This document shows, one piece after another, positions 15,914 to 25,224 of a DNA stretch of 64,000 bases. This DNA comes from an uncultured Nitrososphaerota archaeon (GTDB lineage Archaea; Thermoproteota; Nitrososphaeria; Nitrososphaerales; Gagatemarchaeaceae). The stretch covers positions 96,001 through 160,000 of the forward strand of contig CAWISW010000001.1 in assembly GCA_963838925.1 (NCBI GenBank), read 5' to 3'. The translations under genes were made by a program, and so were the position numbers. How positions within the stretch are numbered: the first letter of the stretch is position 1; each line of letters begins with the position of its first letter. The notes under the pieces were generated by a model, which saw nothing but the letters and a program-made list of their open reading frames with translations, was not told the DNA's origin and made no database searches.

Positions 15914-17569
15914 CTAGGCGGAACTCGCTTCTATGGTCTCTCTGACAGTCTTGAGCACCTGGGGCGCGGTGAGGGGCCTGAACGGCGCGACGTACTTCGG
16001 GCTCTTCGCCTTTACGATGTTCTCCACGCCGTTCGACTTCTTGTAGCCCCTCAGGAAGGCCTCAGCGACCTTCCTCGTCCCGGACTCCTTGAAGGAGAGC
16101 TTGGCCTGGTAGTAGACGAAAGCCGCGATGTCCCACGCCTGGTCGCCGCCCTCCTCGGCCTGCTCGAGGTCGGTGAAGCAGAGGCCTCCATCCCCTCTTA
16201 CGATGACGTTGGTGGCTTTCGAGTCGCCGAGCGAGTATCCCGCCTTGTGGATCGCGCCCACGGCTTCGCCGAACCTCTCCACGATGGCCGTCTCCTCAGA
16301 CCTACCGGTCAGGACCTCCTGGACGATGTCGGAGAGCCTCTCTCCCTCGATGTACTCCTTGACCAAGACCTTGTCGTCGAGCACCGCCCCTATGATGCGG
16401 GGAGTCGACACGCCCCTCTTCCTCAGCTCGATGGAGGCGCTGTACTCCCTGTGCATCCTCGCCTGAGGAGAGGTGCTGAACTTGCGCGACGGCGACCAGA
16501 CGTTGAGGAGCGCCCACTTGACCGACCTGATGTCGGCGAAGTGCTTGAGGACGAAGTTCGCCTCCTTCCCAGTCCCCCCCTTCAGCGTGAGGAGCCTTGC
16601 CGTCGCATAGATCTCCCCGAGGTTCTTCTCCCTCTTCGTGTAGGCCACCATCCCGGAGAGGGTCGCGAGCCTCTGGACCATCTGCTCCGTCTTCGGGAGC
16701 ACCACGCCCTCCTCAAGTTGGATGAGGCGCTTTGGCTCTTCGAGCTCCAGGGGCGGGTCGACCTTGACCTGCATCCTCTTGACCTTCGAGAGGGCCTCGT
16801 CCTTGAAGACGTTGAACCCCACCCTTCCCGCGTAGCCGTGGACGGCGTACTGCCTCACGCCCCTCTTCGTGAGGTTGAAGATGGAGAGGGTCCTCGCGAA
16901 GGCCCTCCCCCTCAGGCCCTCCCCCAGTATCCTCACGTGGGGGACGTCCCCCCTGGTCTCGAGCCTGAGGATCCCGCCAGACTGGAGCGAGAGCGCCCCC
17001 TCCGCGAAGGCCTCCAGGGTGAACGCCTTGTTCTCGTCGGCTGAAGGGCAGGTGTAGGTCTTGATGTAGCTGTACAGCGCGGGCGGGTAGATGAGCGCCC
17101 TCTTGTGGAGCTTGTCGAAGAGGAAGTACTCCAACGGCAGGAGGAGGTCCTGCGCGAACTCCCCGTGCTGCGAGCCGATCTCGAGTATCTCCTCGGCGAG
17201 GACCCTCTTCTTGGACTCGACCTCCGCCTTCCTCAGCAGGTCGTCATTGAGCAGGGGCTCGTAGACGTTGAGGAGCCTGCCGGAGACGAACTCCCCCAGG
17301 TACGCCTTGACCGCGTCGCTCTCGAGCAACTCGGCCTCGACGACGAGCGCCGCCGCTGTGACCGGGGAGTGGACGTACTGGTACCTTATCCTGCCCCTGA
17401 ACTTCTTCGCCACGACTATGAGGTCGTAGTCGGAGTCGGGCCTCGCGTACCCCGCGACCTTCGAGCCGTACGCCGCGACAGCGAGCGCCTTTCCCCCGTC
17501 GCCCACGACGTCGTCGGCGACCTCGAGGAGCTGCCTCCTCTCCTCGTCCCCCAGCCTGTTGAGGTCCAT
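15914..17569 (-). CDS. Fusion of a Pol-beta-type nucleotidyltransferase and a Bud32/RIO/Kdo-like kinase
   Basis: N-terminal AYGSKVAGYARPDSDYDLIVV; C-terminal VLKHF, RMHREY, EYIEG, IHKAGYSLGDSKATNVIV, FTDLEQA, AWDIA. Confidence 0.8.
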   Translation of the reverse strand: MDLNRLGDEERRQLLEVADDVVGDGGKALAVAAYGSKVAGYARPDSDYDLIVVAKKFRGRIRYQYVHSPVTAAALVVEAELLESDAVKAYLGEFVSGRLLNVYEPLLNDDLLRKAEVESKKRVLAEEILEIGSQHGEFAQDLLLPLEYFLFDKLHKRALIYPPALYSYIKTYTCPSADENKAFTLEAFAEGALSLQSGGILRLETRGDVPHVRILGEGLRGRAFARTLSIFNLTKRGVRQYAVHGYAGRVGFNVFKDEALSKVKRMQVKVDPPLELEEPKRLIQLEEGVVLPKTEQMVQRLATLSGMVAYTKREKNLGEIYATARLLTLKGGTGKEANFVLKHFADIRSVKWALLNVWSPSRKFSTSPQARMHREYSASIELRKRGVSTPRIIGAVLDDKVLVKEYIEGERLSDIVQEVLTGRSEETAIVERFGEAVGAIHKAGYSLGDSKATNVIVRGDGGLCFTDLEQAEEGGDQAWDIAAFVYYQAKLSFKESGTRKVAEAFLRGYKKSNGVENIVKAKSPKYVAPFRPLTAPQVLKTVRETIEASSA

Positions 17570-17582
17570 CCTGGCGCCACGC

Positions 17583-18281
17583 TCACTTCCGCGCCGTCTG
17601 CGCGGACTCCATCGCCCTGATCCTCTCGAGGAGGGCTGGGTCGAACCTCGTCCTCGCCACCATTGTCATGTCCAGCCTCACGTTGTTCTCCTCCGTGGTG
17701 ACCCGCCGCGTAGGGAGCCCCTTCGCGACCCACGCCTTGCTCACCTTGTCGTCGAGCTTCGGGTCGGTGAGGTTGGGTGTGAACCTCTTGTCGACGAGCC
17801 TCGCGAGAGGCTTGTCCTTTGCGAAGACCTTCGACGGGCTGACCACCCTCTCCTCGTCCGCGTACCCCGCCTCGAAGAGCGTGCTGACCCTCTCCTCGCT
17901 GATGATGCTCGTGCCGCTCAGCCTCCTGACGAGGTCGACGTAGTGCGTGAACTCGTGGGCCGCCACCGCCGTCACCGTCAGCTTCGTACCAAAGAGGAGG
18001 AGAGGCGCGGTGAACTGGACGATTATCGAGACCTTCCCCTCGAACGGGGTAGGGATCACCCGCGCGAAGAAGGCGCCGACGCTCCCGTATTCGACCGACG
18101 TGACGGCGAGCGGCAGGGTCGGCTCGACGTAGTACGGGGGGTACCTCAGACCGGTGGCCTTCTCGACCCGGGCTATCGCCCCCGAGAGGTTCCCCGCCTT
18201 CGCCTTTACCTTCGCAGCGAGCGCGGGCTTTAGCTTCCCCTGGGCCGCGAACTGGTCCATAAGGACGAAGGGGTCTGCCAC
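17583..18281 (-). CDS. Putative zincin-like metallopeptidase
   Basis: AVAAHEFTHY (HExxH); lies 13 bp upstream of the NTase-kinase gene on the same strand. Confidence 0.65.
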   Translation of the reverse strand: MADPFVLMDQFAAQGKLKPALAAKVKAKAGNLSGAIARVEKATGLRYPPYYVEPTLPLAVTSVEYGSVGAFFARVIPTPFEGKVSIIVQFTAPLLLFGTKLTVTAVAAHEFTHYVDLVRRLSGTSIISEERVSTLFEAGYADEERVVSPSKVFAKDKPLARLVDKRFTPNLTDPKLDDKVSKAWVAKGLPTRRVTTEENNVRLDMTMVARTRFDPALLERIRAMESAQTARK

Positions 18282-18317
18282 GATGGCTCGTTTCCGCCCC
18301 GAGCCTATAAATCGTTC

Positions 18318-18518
18318 TTAGAGCTCTTCGTCTTTCTTCCTTCGCAAACGGGACCAAATTGCGGTGACCAGGGCGAAGAGCCCGACCGCGATCAGCACCA
18401 GACCCCTGCCCATCTGCCCCGGGCTGTAGAACCCTGACGCGGCCCATATGCCAAGCGCAAGGGCGACGCAGAGGCCGAACGTGACTTCGACCGAGGAGAC
18501 CGCGTTTCTACCCATCAA
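18318..18518 (-). CDS. Small two-TM membrane protein
   Basis: Two hydrophobic segments and a basic tail. Confidence 0.5.
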   Translation of the reverse strand: MMGRNAVSSVEVTFGLCVALALGIWAASGFYSPGQMGRGLVLIAVGLFALVTAIWSRLRRKKDEEL

Positions 18519-18598
18519 AACACGCTCCTTTTGGGGTCAGTCTTAAGCTGTAGCTTCTTGCCTCTAGTACAGGAAGAAACAGACCCAGAAAGCTTAAA

Positions 18599-18620
18599 GA
18601 CATATACATATGCATATGTC
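18599..18620. promoter_or_regulatory. Palindromic operator of vapBC
   Basis: gacatat-acatatgc-atatgtc between TATA-like cttaaa and the antitoxin start. Confidence 0.55.
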
Positions 18621-18631
18621 GCGATAACGGC

Positions 18632-18856
18632 TTGGCGCGTACCATCGCTATATCGGACGAGGTCTATGAGCTACTCAAGCGAGCGAAGCTTCCGGGCGAG
18701 AGCTTCTCGACAGTCATCAAGAGAAACCTGCGAAGAGGCAGGCTGTCCGAGCTCGCAGGCACATCGATTCTGAGCCTGGAGGAGTGGGCCGCCATAAAGA
18801 AGGAGCTCGCAGCTTCGGAAGAGATTACGGCAAAGAAGCTCGTGGGGAAGGCTTGA
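18632..18856 (+). CDS. vapB: Archaeal VapB antitoxin (DUF217-like)
   Basis: RTIAISDEVYELLKRAKLPGESFSTVI. Confidence 0.88.
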   Translation: MARTIAISDEVYELLKRAKLPGESFSTVIKRNLRRGRLSELAGTSILSLEEWAAIKKELAASEEITAKKLVGKA

Positions 18857-18857
18857 G

Positions 18858-19271
18858 TTGCCGCTATTCGACACCACGTTCATCGTGGATCTTACCAGGT
18901 CGGAGCCCGGCGCCTTGCGGAGGGCTGAGAGGACCGACGAGGAAAACATTCCCGCGGCGTTATCGGTTTTGAGCGTCCACGAATACCTCGTCGGAGTCCA
19001 TCGGAAGTACGGGACCCACTCACGCGACGCGCTTCAGGAGAAGCTCGCGACAGCCCACGTCCAACTATCGAGGTTCGAGGTCATCCCGCTGACGACCGAG
19101 ATAGCGGAAGTCAGCTCGGGCCTCCAGGCCGACCTCATGCGGCTCGGAACGCCGATTGGAATCAATGACCTTTACATCGCGGCTACGGCGCTGAAGCTCG
19201 AATTTACCCTTGTAACGAGAAATATCGCCGAGTTCAAGCGAGTCCCCAAGCTGAAGGTCGAGAGCTACTGA
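18858..19271 (+). CDS. vapC: VapC PIN toxin
   Basis: FDTTFIVD, SVHEY, INDLYIAATA, VTRNIAEF. Confidence 0.92.
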   Translation: MPLFDTTFIVDLTRSEPGALRRAERTDEENIPAALSVLSVHEYLVGVHRKYGTHSRDALQEKLATAHVQLSRFEVIPLTTEIAEVSSGLQADLMRLGTPIGINDLYIAATALKLEFTLVTRNIAEFKRVPKLKVESY

Positions 19272-19275
19272 CAGG

Positions 19276-19752
19276 TCATGCCTGGATAGCAGGCGCGGAG
19301 GCGAGGTTGTAGTTTACCTCGGGCTCTCTCTCAGAGACCTCCACGAACGTCTCCGAGTGCGTGACGCCCGGGACCCTCCCGATGACGTCCGAGATCGTCT
19401 TGTGGAGCTCCTCGATGGTGCGACCCCTCATCGTCAGGAAGGCATCGAACCTCCCCGTCACCTCTGTGAGGTCCCTGGCCTGCGGCAGCTTCATCAGCTC
19501 GCCGATGGCCTGCTCCCTCTGCTTGGGGTCGAGGTTCAGCCCCACCACCACTCCCGCCGGCAGCCCGAGCTTCGACTCGTTGATCTCCAGCGTGTAGCGC
19601 TGTATGATGCCCCTCCTTATGAGCCGCTTTATCCTGCTGTAGGTGACCGAAAGGTTCAGGCCGAGGTCGGTGCTGAGCTTTGGGATCGATATCGAGGCGT
19701 CCCGGTGGAGAGCCCCCAGAATCTTCATGTCTATCTCGTCTAGTTTGCCCAT
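19276..19752 (-). CDS. Lrp/AsnC transcriptional regulator
   Basis: LDEIDMKIL, HTH, RIKRL..RGII, EVTGRFD, PGVTHSETF. Confidence 0.93.
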   Translation of the reverse strand: MGKLDEIDMKILGALHRDASISIPKLSTDLGLNLSVTYSRIKRLIRRGIIQRYTLEINESKLGLPAGVVVGLNLDPKQREQAIGELMKLPQARDLTEVTGRFDAFLTMRGRTIEELHKTISDVIGRVPGVTHSETFVEVSEREPEVNYNLASAPAIQA

Positions 19753-19937
19753 ATTCTCCCCGCTTTCTTGTCTCTGTGAAATAATTTCACACTATATTTA
19801 TGTCTGATGGAAATCTGATACTAATTTTTTGGCCTTTTCTCTCGTGGCGCTGATATACTAAGGGTGTTTCGCCCTTTCCTAGGCCGAGAAGTGGCCTCAG
19901 ACAATAAATAGACGCGGAGGCGTCCGAGAGGCCGGTT

Positions 19938-21278
19938 TTGAAAGCGGGAAGGCGCCTCGTGCCTCTGCTTCTGCTCGGGCTCCTACTCGTCTCGCCGTTC
20001 GCCCCGGTGGTCGCCGCGACCGCAACCGCGCCCAGCACCACCCCGCTCAAGCACATCTTCATCATAGTGCAGGAGAACCACAGCTTCGACAACTACTTCG
20101 GGTTCTACCCAGGAGTTAACGGCCTTGGGAACGCGGTGCCTCAGCTCAGCCCCAACTCGTCGGCCCTCGTCTCGCCCTTCGAGATCAACAAGGCGACGAT
20201 ACCGGAGGACCTCTGCCACATGGCGCCCTGCGCGCAGGCCGACTTCAACGGCGGCAAGATGGACGGTTTCCTCACGAAGAACGGCGAGAACAACGGCGAG
20301 ACCATGGGCTACTTCAACCCAGACCTCATCCCGTACTACTGGGACTACGCCTACCAATACACCCTCATGGACAACTGGTACACCCCGTTCATGGGCCCCA
20401 GCCTCCCGAACCACATCTACCTCCTCGCGGGGCAGGCAGGGGGCCTCACCGGCAACAACGACCAGTTCAACTTCACCTTCCCCACGATCACAACGCTGTT
20501 GGACGCCGCCAACGTCTCCTGGGCATACTACGCGGGGGGACACACCCGCACCAACGGGTGGAACCCGCTCCCCTCCGACCTCCCATACATGAAGGCCCAC
20601 CCGACCCTCCAGGGGCTCTATGAGACGAGCGCCTTCCCCTCTGCAATCCAAAAGCCCAACTTCCCCTCCGTGGCGTGGCTGATGCCCGAGACCGACCAGG
20701 TCAGCGAGCACCCCCCATACAACGTCACGACCGGCGAGCTGACGACGGTGGGCGAGATCAACGACATCATGCAGAGCAGGTACTGGAACTCGAGTGCGAT
20801 AGTCCTCACCTGGGACGACTACGGCGGCTGGTATGACAACGCGTCCCCGCCGCAGGTGGACCAGTACGGGTATGGATTCCGCGTCCCCACGATCATAATC
20901 TCCCCGTTCGCAAAGCACGGCTTCGTCGACAACACGGTCTCCGAGGACGCCTCGACCCTCAAGCTCATCGAGGCCGTCTTCCACCTGCCCTCGCTCGGTA
21001 CGCGCGACATGAAGGCGAGCGACCTCCTCGATGCGTTCAACTTCGACCAGAACCCGCGCGCCCCCCTCGTCCTCCCCGGCCCGTACCTGCCGAACCACTA
21101 CCCGCTCGCTCTGCCTAACGGCTCGATCCTAGGCCCCCTCCCTCAGGGCTCGCCCGGCAAGCTCACCTCCGACCCGGTCGCTCCCGACTACGACGACGTG
21201 GGCTTCCTTGTCGCGACGGTCTCTTTGCTCGTGATTGTGATGGCCGCGTTCTCGGTCAGGATGAGGCCGCAGTACTAG
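19938..21278 (+). CDS. Secreted, membrane-anchored phosphoesterase (phospholipase C/AcpA family)
   Basis: Signal peptide; KHIFIIVQENHSFDNYFG, GPSLPNH, SEHPP, TWDDYGGWYD, GFRVP.IIISPFAK; C-terminal TM. Confidence 0.92.
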   Translation: MKAGRRLVPLLLLGLLLVSPFAPVVAATATAPSTTPLKHIFIIVQENHSFDNYFGFYPGVNGLGNAVPQLSPNSSALVSPFEINKATIPEDLCHMAPCAQADFNGGKMDGFLTKNGENNGETMGYFNPDLIPYYWDYAYQYTLMDNWYTPFMGPSLPNHIYLLAGQAGGLTGNNDQFNFTFPTITTLLDAANVSWAYYAGGHTRTNGWNPLPSDLPYMKAHPTLQGLYETSAFPSAIQKPNFPSVAWLMPETDQVSEHPPYNVTTGELTTVGEINDIMQSRYWNSSAIVLTWDDYGGWYDNASPPQVDQYGYGFRVPTIIISPFAKHGFVDNTVSEDASTLKLIEAVFHLPSLGTRDMKASDLLDAFNFDQNPRAPLVLPGPYLPNHYPLALPNGSILGPLPQGSPGKLTSDPVAPDYDDVGFLVATVSLLVIVMAAFSVRMRPQY

Positions 21279-21325
21279 CAGCCATGGCGTGCGAAGGTCA
21301 GATAAGTTCCATGACGTTCTGTCGT

Positions 21326-21733
21326 TCAGCCCAGAGCCAAAACTCCCGCGGCCTTCGCTTCCCTCTTCAGCCCTCTGTCGTATGTCGCGATTGGGATTCC
21401 TAGCTTCAGAGCCGTACCGAGTATCACCTTGTCATCGAAGTCCGTGAGTGCCGCCTTCTCTTCGACCACCATCCTGATAGCACGCACGGAGAGCTCTCCG
21501 GCGTCTACTTCAACCAACGACCTCGGGTTTCCAACGAGGGCCGTGACGACCTCCTCGACCTTTTCGGGGGTGACCCCGAGCTTCCTCAAGACCCAGACGA
21601 CCTCGTAGATCACGATGCTCGGCACATGCATCTTCTTCATCGACGCCAAAAGCTCCCTCGCCTTTGCGTGCCCTTCAGCCTCAGCCACCAGCGCGTCTAC
21701 CAGCACGCTGGTATCGATCACTGCCTCGTTCAA
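21326..21733 (-). CDS. vapC: VapC PIN toxin
   Basis: VIDTSVLV, IYEV, FDDKVIL, ATYDRGL. Confidence 0.88.
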   Translation of the reverse strand: MNEAVIDTSVLVDALVAEAEGHAKARELLASMKKMHVPSIVIYEVVWVLRKLGVTPEKVEEVVTALVGNPRSLVEVDAGELSVRAIRMVVEEKAALTDFDDKVILGTALKLGIPIATYDRGLKREAKAAGVLALG

Positions 21734-21957
21734 CCGGAGATCTCCTCAGCCGACTCGGCGATGAGCCTCTCAACCTCTTTGTTGCTGATTCTCCTGCCTA
21801 TCCTCAAGACTGGAAGTTCGTCGCTCGCCTTTTCAAACACCACGCCCTTTCCCATTATCTTCACCTCCAGGACGTCGCCTTCGCTTATGTGCGCCTCCCT
21901 GGCGATCTCTGCGGGGATGGTCACTTGGCGATTCCTGGTGACTTTTGTCCGTGGCAC
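21730..21957 (-). CDS. AbrB/MazE-type antitoxin
   Basis: TKVTRNRQVTIPAEI...GDVL; 4-bp overlap with the toxin. Confidence 0.88.
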   Translation of the reverse strand: MPRTKVTRNRQVTIPAEIAREAHISEGDVLEVKIMGKGVVFEKASDELPVLRIGRRISNKEVERLIAESAEEISG

Positions 21958-22061
21958 GACTTACTAAGCACGTTAGATGCTTATAAGGCTAACTAGTAAA
22001 CTCCCCTACTCGCGATGCGCGAGCAACTTGTTAAATACGTGTCATACATGCATCACATGTA

Positions 22062-22280
22062 ATGAGCGAAGCCGTCTCGGTCAGGCTGCCTGAGGACATC
22101 GCAAAGAAGCTGGACGCCCTCGCGAAGACCCTCGACCGGTCGAAGACATACATCGTCACTAAGGCCGTCCAAGAGTACCTCGAAGAGTATGAAGACTACC
22201 TCGTCGCGCTTCACAGGCTCAAGGACAAGGACGACGGAATAGTCTCGGAGAAGGAACTGGTCAAGTCGCTTGGCCCGTAG
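22062..22280 (+). CDS. Ribbon-helix-helix antitoxin (RelB/CopG-like)
   Basis: VSVRLPEDIAKKLDALAKTLDRSKTYIV..AVQEYLEEYED. Confidence 0.88.
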   Translation: MSEAVSVRLPEDIAKKLDALAKTLDRSKTYIVTKAVQEYLEEYEDYLVALHRLKDKDDGIVSEKELVKSLGP

Positions 22281-22527
22281 GGTGCTCTACAAGTCCTCCG
22301 TGGGCCGCGACCTCAAGCACCTCGATCCTGGGAGCGCGCGAAAGATCCTATCGAAGATTGCGAGCGGTCTCGCAGATGCTTCCATCGAGGGAGAGCCACT
22401 CCAAGGCGAGTTCAAGGGCCTCTTCAGGATCCGGATAGGGGAGTATCGCGTCATCTACACATTGACCGGCGAGGATGTCTTGGTCTTGAGGATCGGGCAC
22501 AGGAGCAAGGTCTGCTCGCCTAGATGA
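22270..22527 (+). CDS. relE: RelE/ParE family toxin
   Basis: GEPLQG..KGLFRIRIGEYRVIY..VLRIGHR. Confidence 0.9.
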   Translation: MARRVLYKSSVGRDLKHLDPGSARKILSKIASGLADASIEGEPLQGEFKGLFRIRIGEYRVIYTLTGEDVLVLRIGHRSKVCSPR

Positions 22528-22575
22528 GCTTCCCGCCCCAGCGCTTATTACTCCCATTCGAATGATGCAACCGAC

Positions 22576-25200
22576 ATGCGTGGCCGCTTGCCTGCAAGAA
22601 GATGGCTGCCTCTCGCGACCCTCGCCCTCCTCGCGTTGAGCCTCTTCCCTCCTGGCCTGCGGTCTGCTTTCAGCTTCACCAACAACCAGGGCGCTTCCGT
22701 TGCCGTTGGGGAGCCCGACTTCGTCTCGAGCGTCTACCCCACGAGCGCCCTTAAGATCCCGAGCAACTTCGCGTTCGGCCCCTCGGGGGCGATGTGGATA
22801 GCCGACTCGGGGAACAACAGGATCCTCGAGGAGCCGAACCCCGCCCCCGGGTCGAGCCTCACCTTCCAGACCGTGCTCGGCCAGTTCGCCTTGAACGGGG
22901 CACTCCCGACCGTGACGCAGAACGGCATCGACAACCCCTCCGGGATGTCCACCGACCCCTCAGGGAACCTCTGGGTCGCCGACACCAACAACAACAGGGT
23001 GCTCGAGTTCGGCGCTCCCTTCACGCCCGGGGAGGCGGCCTCGTTGGTGCTAGGGCAGGCCAACTTCACCGCGTATGCATCCTCATCCGCGCCGACCGGC
23101 ATGTACCTGCCCGCCGACGTCACCTTCGACTCCAAGGGTAACCTCTGGGTGACAGACGCCGGGAACAACCGCATCCTCGAGTTCCAGCCCCCGTTTAGCG
23201 GCGACATGTCTGCCTCTCTCGCGATAGGCCAGCCCAGTCTCAACTCCACGACGAGCGGAGACTCTACGAGCACCCTCAACTATCCGACCGACGCCACCTT
23301 CGACTCGTCGGGGAACCTCTTGGTCGCCGATGCCAGCAACAACAGGATCGTGGAATACAAGGCTCCGCTTACCACGGGGATGGCGGCCTCTCTCGTGATC
23401 GGCCAGCAGGGCTTCAACTCGGCGACCTCTGCGGCCTCTCAGAGCGGCCTGAACTTCCCCGGGAGCCTAGCCTTCGACTCGACCGGGAACCTCTGGGTAG
23501 CGGACGCCTCCAACAACAGGGTCGTCGAGTTCAAGGCCCCCTTCGCCACGGGGATGTCCGCCTCCGTCGTGCTCGGGCAGGCTGGCTTCACGACCAACTC
23601 CACCGCGACGTCGCCCACAGGGATGTACAACCCCTCGGAGGTGGGGTTCAACCCTAGCGGAGACCTGTGGGTGGCAGACTCCTACAACAACAGGCTCCTC
23701 GAGTTCGCCCCTCCGTTCGCCAGCGGGGCCTCGGCGAGCTTCCAGCTGGGGCAGTCCGACTACACCTCGAGCGTCTTTCAGGGGCAGCTGAGCCTCTTCG
23801 ACCCTGAGTCGGTCGCGTTCGACCATTCGGGCGACCTCTGGGCGGTGGACACCCAGAACAACCGTGTGCTCGAGTACCCGCCCCCGCTCGCGACCGGGAT
23901 GAGCGCCTCACTCGCGATAGGCCAGACGAGCCTCATGCGGAGCCTCGCGGGGGCCACGAGGAGCAACCTCTCCAACCCCTTCGCAGCGGCGTTCGACAGC
24001 TCTGGGGACCTGTGGGTGAGCGACTCCAGCAACAACAGGGTCCTCGAGTTCGTGCCCCCGTTCACCACCGGAATGAACGCCAGCGTGGTCATCGGCCAGC
24101 TCACGTTCGGGACCTCGTCGCCGTCCCTCTCGCCTTCGGGCTTGAACTACCCAACGGGCGTCGCGTTCGACCCGAGCGGCAACCTGTGGGTCGCGGACAC
24201 CCTCAACAGCAGGGTCCTCGAGTTCAAACCTCCGTTCACAAGCGGCATGTCGGCCTCCCTCGTCATCGGGCAGGTCTCCTTCGGCTCCTCCAACCCCGGG
24301 ACGTCCTCGGGGCAGCTCGCCTACCCGATAGGGCTGACGTTCGACTCCTTCGGCAACCTGTGGGTCGCCGACTCCTTCAACAGCCGCGTGCTCGGGTTCG
24401 CCTCTCCCCTCTCTTCCGGCGAGCGCGCCTCCCTCGTAATCGGCCAGCCGCTCTTCACCTCGGGCCTTCCCGAGACGACGCAGAGCGGCCTCTACCTGCC
24501 CGAGTCCGTCGCTTTCGACCAGTCTGGCAACCTGTGGGTGTCGGACAGGGGCAACAACAGGGTGCTGGAGTTCTCCTCCCACCTCTCCTCAGGAATGTCC
24601 GCCGAGACCGTCATAGGGCAGGCTGGGTACTTCTCCAGGACGGGAACGACCAGCCAGACGGGCCTGAGCGGACCCGTGGGGCTATCGTTCGACGCCTCTG
24701 GGAACCTATGGCTGGCGGACAGCAGCAACAACAGGCTGCTCGAGTTCCAAGGGCCAGGCGTCACGACCAGCAGCTCGACCAGCACATCAACATCAATTTC
24801 TACATCGACCACCAACACCTCTTCGGTCTCGTCGACATCATCGACCACGTCGAGCACTTCGACTTCCTCAACTACGTCGACAACTTCGTCCACGACCACA
24901 TCCTCGACCTCCACAAGCTCGACCACGACGACATCGTCGTCTTCCACAAGCAGCAACTCCTTCGTCACGGTCAGCGTCACCACCTACTCGACGTCCCTGC
25001 CGACCCTCCCAACGACGACAGCCACCTCAACGGCATCGAGCGCAGCGTCCTCTTCCTCCACGGCGACAACGACATCCACGGTCCCGGAGTTCCCATTGGG
25101 CGCGCCGATCGTGCTCATCACGGTCGTCTTCGCAGTCGCGATTGTTGCCTCAAGCCTGAGGCGTCGGAATCAGGAACTCGCCTCCTCTTCGGATTTATAG
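22576..25200 (+). CDS. Cell-surface NHL-repeat beta-propeller protein with Ser/Thr-rich stalk and PEF-CTERM-like sorting signal
   Basis: Signal peptide; about 12 repeats of FD.SGNLWVAD..NNRVLEF..P...GMSAS.VIGQ; S/T tract; VPEFP-TM-RRR. Confidence 0.9.
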   Translation: MRGRLPARRWLPLATLALLALSLFPPGLRSAFSFTNNQGASVAVGEPDFVSSVYPTSALKIPSNFAFGPSGAMWIADSGNNRILEEPNPAPGSSLTFQTVLGQFALNGALPTVTQNGIDNPSGMSTDPSGNLWVADTNNNRVLEFGAPFTPGEAASLVLGQANFTAYASSSAPTGMYLPADVTFDSKGNLWVTDAGNNRILEFQPPFSGDMSASLAIGQPSLNSTTSGDSTSTLNYPTDATFDSSGNLLVADASNNRIVEYKAPLTTGMAASLVIGQQGFNSATSAASQSGLNFPGSLAFDSTGNLWVADASNNRVVEFKAPFATGMSASVVLGQAGFTTNSTATSPTGMYNPSEVGFNPSGDLWVADSYNNRLLEFAPPFASGASASFQLGQSDYTSSVFQGQLSLFDPESVAFDHSGDLWAVDTQNNRVLEYPPPLATGMSASLAIGQTSLMRSLAGATRSNLSNPFAAAFDSSGDLWVSDSSNNRVLEFVPPFTTGMNASVVIGQLTFGTSSPSLSPSGLNYPTGVAFDPSGNLWVADTLNSRVLEFKPPFTSGMSASLVIGQVSFGSSNPGTSSGQLAYPIGLTFDSFGNLWVADSFNSRVLGFASPLSSGERASLVIGQPLFTSGLPETTQSGLYLPESVAFDQSGNLWVSDRGNNRVLEFSSHLSSGMSAETVIGQAGYFSRTGTTSQTGLSGPVGLSFDASGNLWLADSSNNRLLEFQGPGVTTSSSTSTSTSISTSTTNTSSVSSTSSTTSSTSTSSTTSTTSSTTTSSTSTSSTTTTSSSSTSSNSFVTVSVTTYSTSLPTLPTTTATSTASSAASSSSTATTTSTVPEFPLGAPIVLITVVFAVAIVASSLRRRNQELASSSDL

Positions 25201-25224
25201 GCGCCCGGACAAGGCACTCGCAGG

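Noticed and set aside
15914-17569. Canonical Kae1-Bud32 fusion
   Set aside because: No Kae1 domain; the N-terminus is a nucleotidyltransferase
22780-24750. Regular ~170-bp DNA repeats as a CRISPR or non-coding array
   Set aside because: In-frame, degenerate NHL protein repeats; no identical repeats with unique spacers
24760-25080. TCGAC-rich low-complexity tract
   Set aside because: Encodes the Ser/Thr stalk
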